Sequence record: LT960552.1 | Direction: 5' to 3' (one strand) | DNA: 64,000 bases | Part shown: positions 63,282-64,000 of the stretch, in pieces | How the letters are laid out: every line of letters starts with the position of its first letter | Position numbering within the stretch: position 1 is the stretch's first letter | Translations under genes and position numbers: made by a program | Notes under the pieces: generated by a model | Database searches by the model: none | The model's input: only the letters and a program-made list of their open reading frames with translations | What the model was told of the DNA's origin: nothing

Positions 63282-64000
63282 TAATTGAGTACTGTTGAGA
63301 ATAGTTCAGTACTATTGTAAACTGTTCAGTACTACCCCCTGCCGCTATATCTTCTCCTGAAGTCGAATAGTACTTCGCACTTTTTGCTACATAACCTTTT
63401 TTCCAAAATGTTAACATGAGGTTCAGGAAAATCTCGAAGGTGCGTGAAATCAAATACGAATCCTATAAAATTTGGAGCACCCTCTAGACTTTTTTCCAGT
63501 ACTCAAAAGTTCAAAAAACATTTAAGGATTCTTTAAAATTAATTTAAAAGTATATAGTACTGTTCATTTATACAGTACTAAAAATAATTAAAGAAAAATG
63601 AATAAAAGTACAAAAAAGGGTTGACGAGATAAGCTGGTGATGATAAGATGTATCCAAGATGAAGAACACAGTTAGACACCTCTCTCGTTGAAGCTGAAGA
63701 AATCATCTAGTACTAGTAAATTGCCGAACATGTTGCCGCATGTTATTACTGGTACGAAATGGGAAACAATCTTTCCCCACCTCTCTTTCTCGCTATTGTT
63801 CAGGAAAGATTTAGTACTGAACGTATGGAAGTAATATTGATAAAATTAGGATAGTACTTTATAATAAGTTCTCATAAAGCACACGCTGGAGAGTATATTA
63901 TAAAGTACTATCCTTTTTATATTGAAGGATTGTTAAGTACTATACTTAGATTTATATTGTGGGTTCTTTGAATTTTGATTGTACTATCCCTATCTGCTAT

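Noticed and set aside
63067-63453. Two short ORFs in the terminal AT-rich region
   Set aside because: Overlapping, no SD, low-complexity products driven by AGTACT repeats.
1-64000. Genome-wide TAG recoding suggested by the CUA tRNA
   Set aside because: Recognisable proteins are full length under the standard code; no genes fragmented at TAG were seen.

Overview
This is an AT-rich, almost all plus-strand segment of a large lytic (jumbo) myovirus genome of enterobacterial type. The gene content resembles GAP32/RaK2/PBECO4-like phages, but that assignment is from recall, not a database search. The first ~32 kb is a tRNA-rich accessory region with about 25 canonical or near-canonical tRNAs (including a CUA amber-suppressor-type tRNA), several degenerate tRNAs, four tRNA-adjacent HNH endonucleases, Acb2, an orphan HicA-like toxin, tandem cyclic-phosphate-processing receiver (cREC)-like proteins, an ART-like protein, a kinase-like protein and a YadA-like trimeric autotransporter. 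The second half holds a sigma70-like factor, a TraR/DksA zinc finger, AAA ATPases, several paralog families and a minus-strand array of five RCC1/BLIP-II-like genes. The main discovery is a family of 14 non-coding RNA elements (7.0-20.6 kb). They share one constant module, a GAATC/GATTC-type stem followed 2 nt later by CAGCA, fused to different tRNA-derived cargo: circularly permuted tRNAs closed at the acceptor end, normal tRNA bodies with the module replacing the anticodon arm, or isolated anticodon stem-loops (Lys, Asn, Ile-like). The permuted form is architecturally like YrlA-type Y RNAs. Also seen: a distinct TGAAAC-N17-TATAAT promoter class found only in front of RNA genes, three large structured non-coding regions (~350, ~330 and ~570 nt), and strong over-representation of AGTACT. 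All structures were read by eye; no folding or homology software was run.
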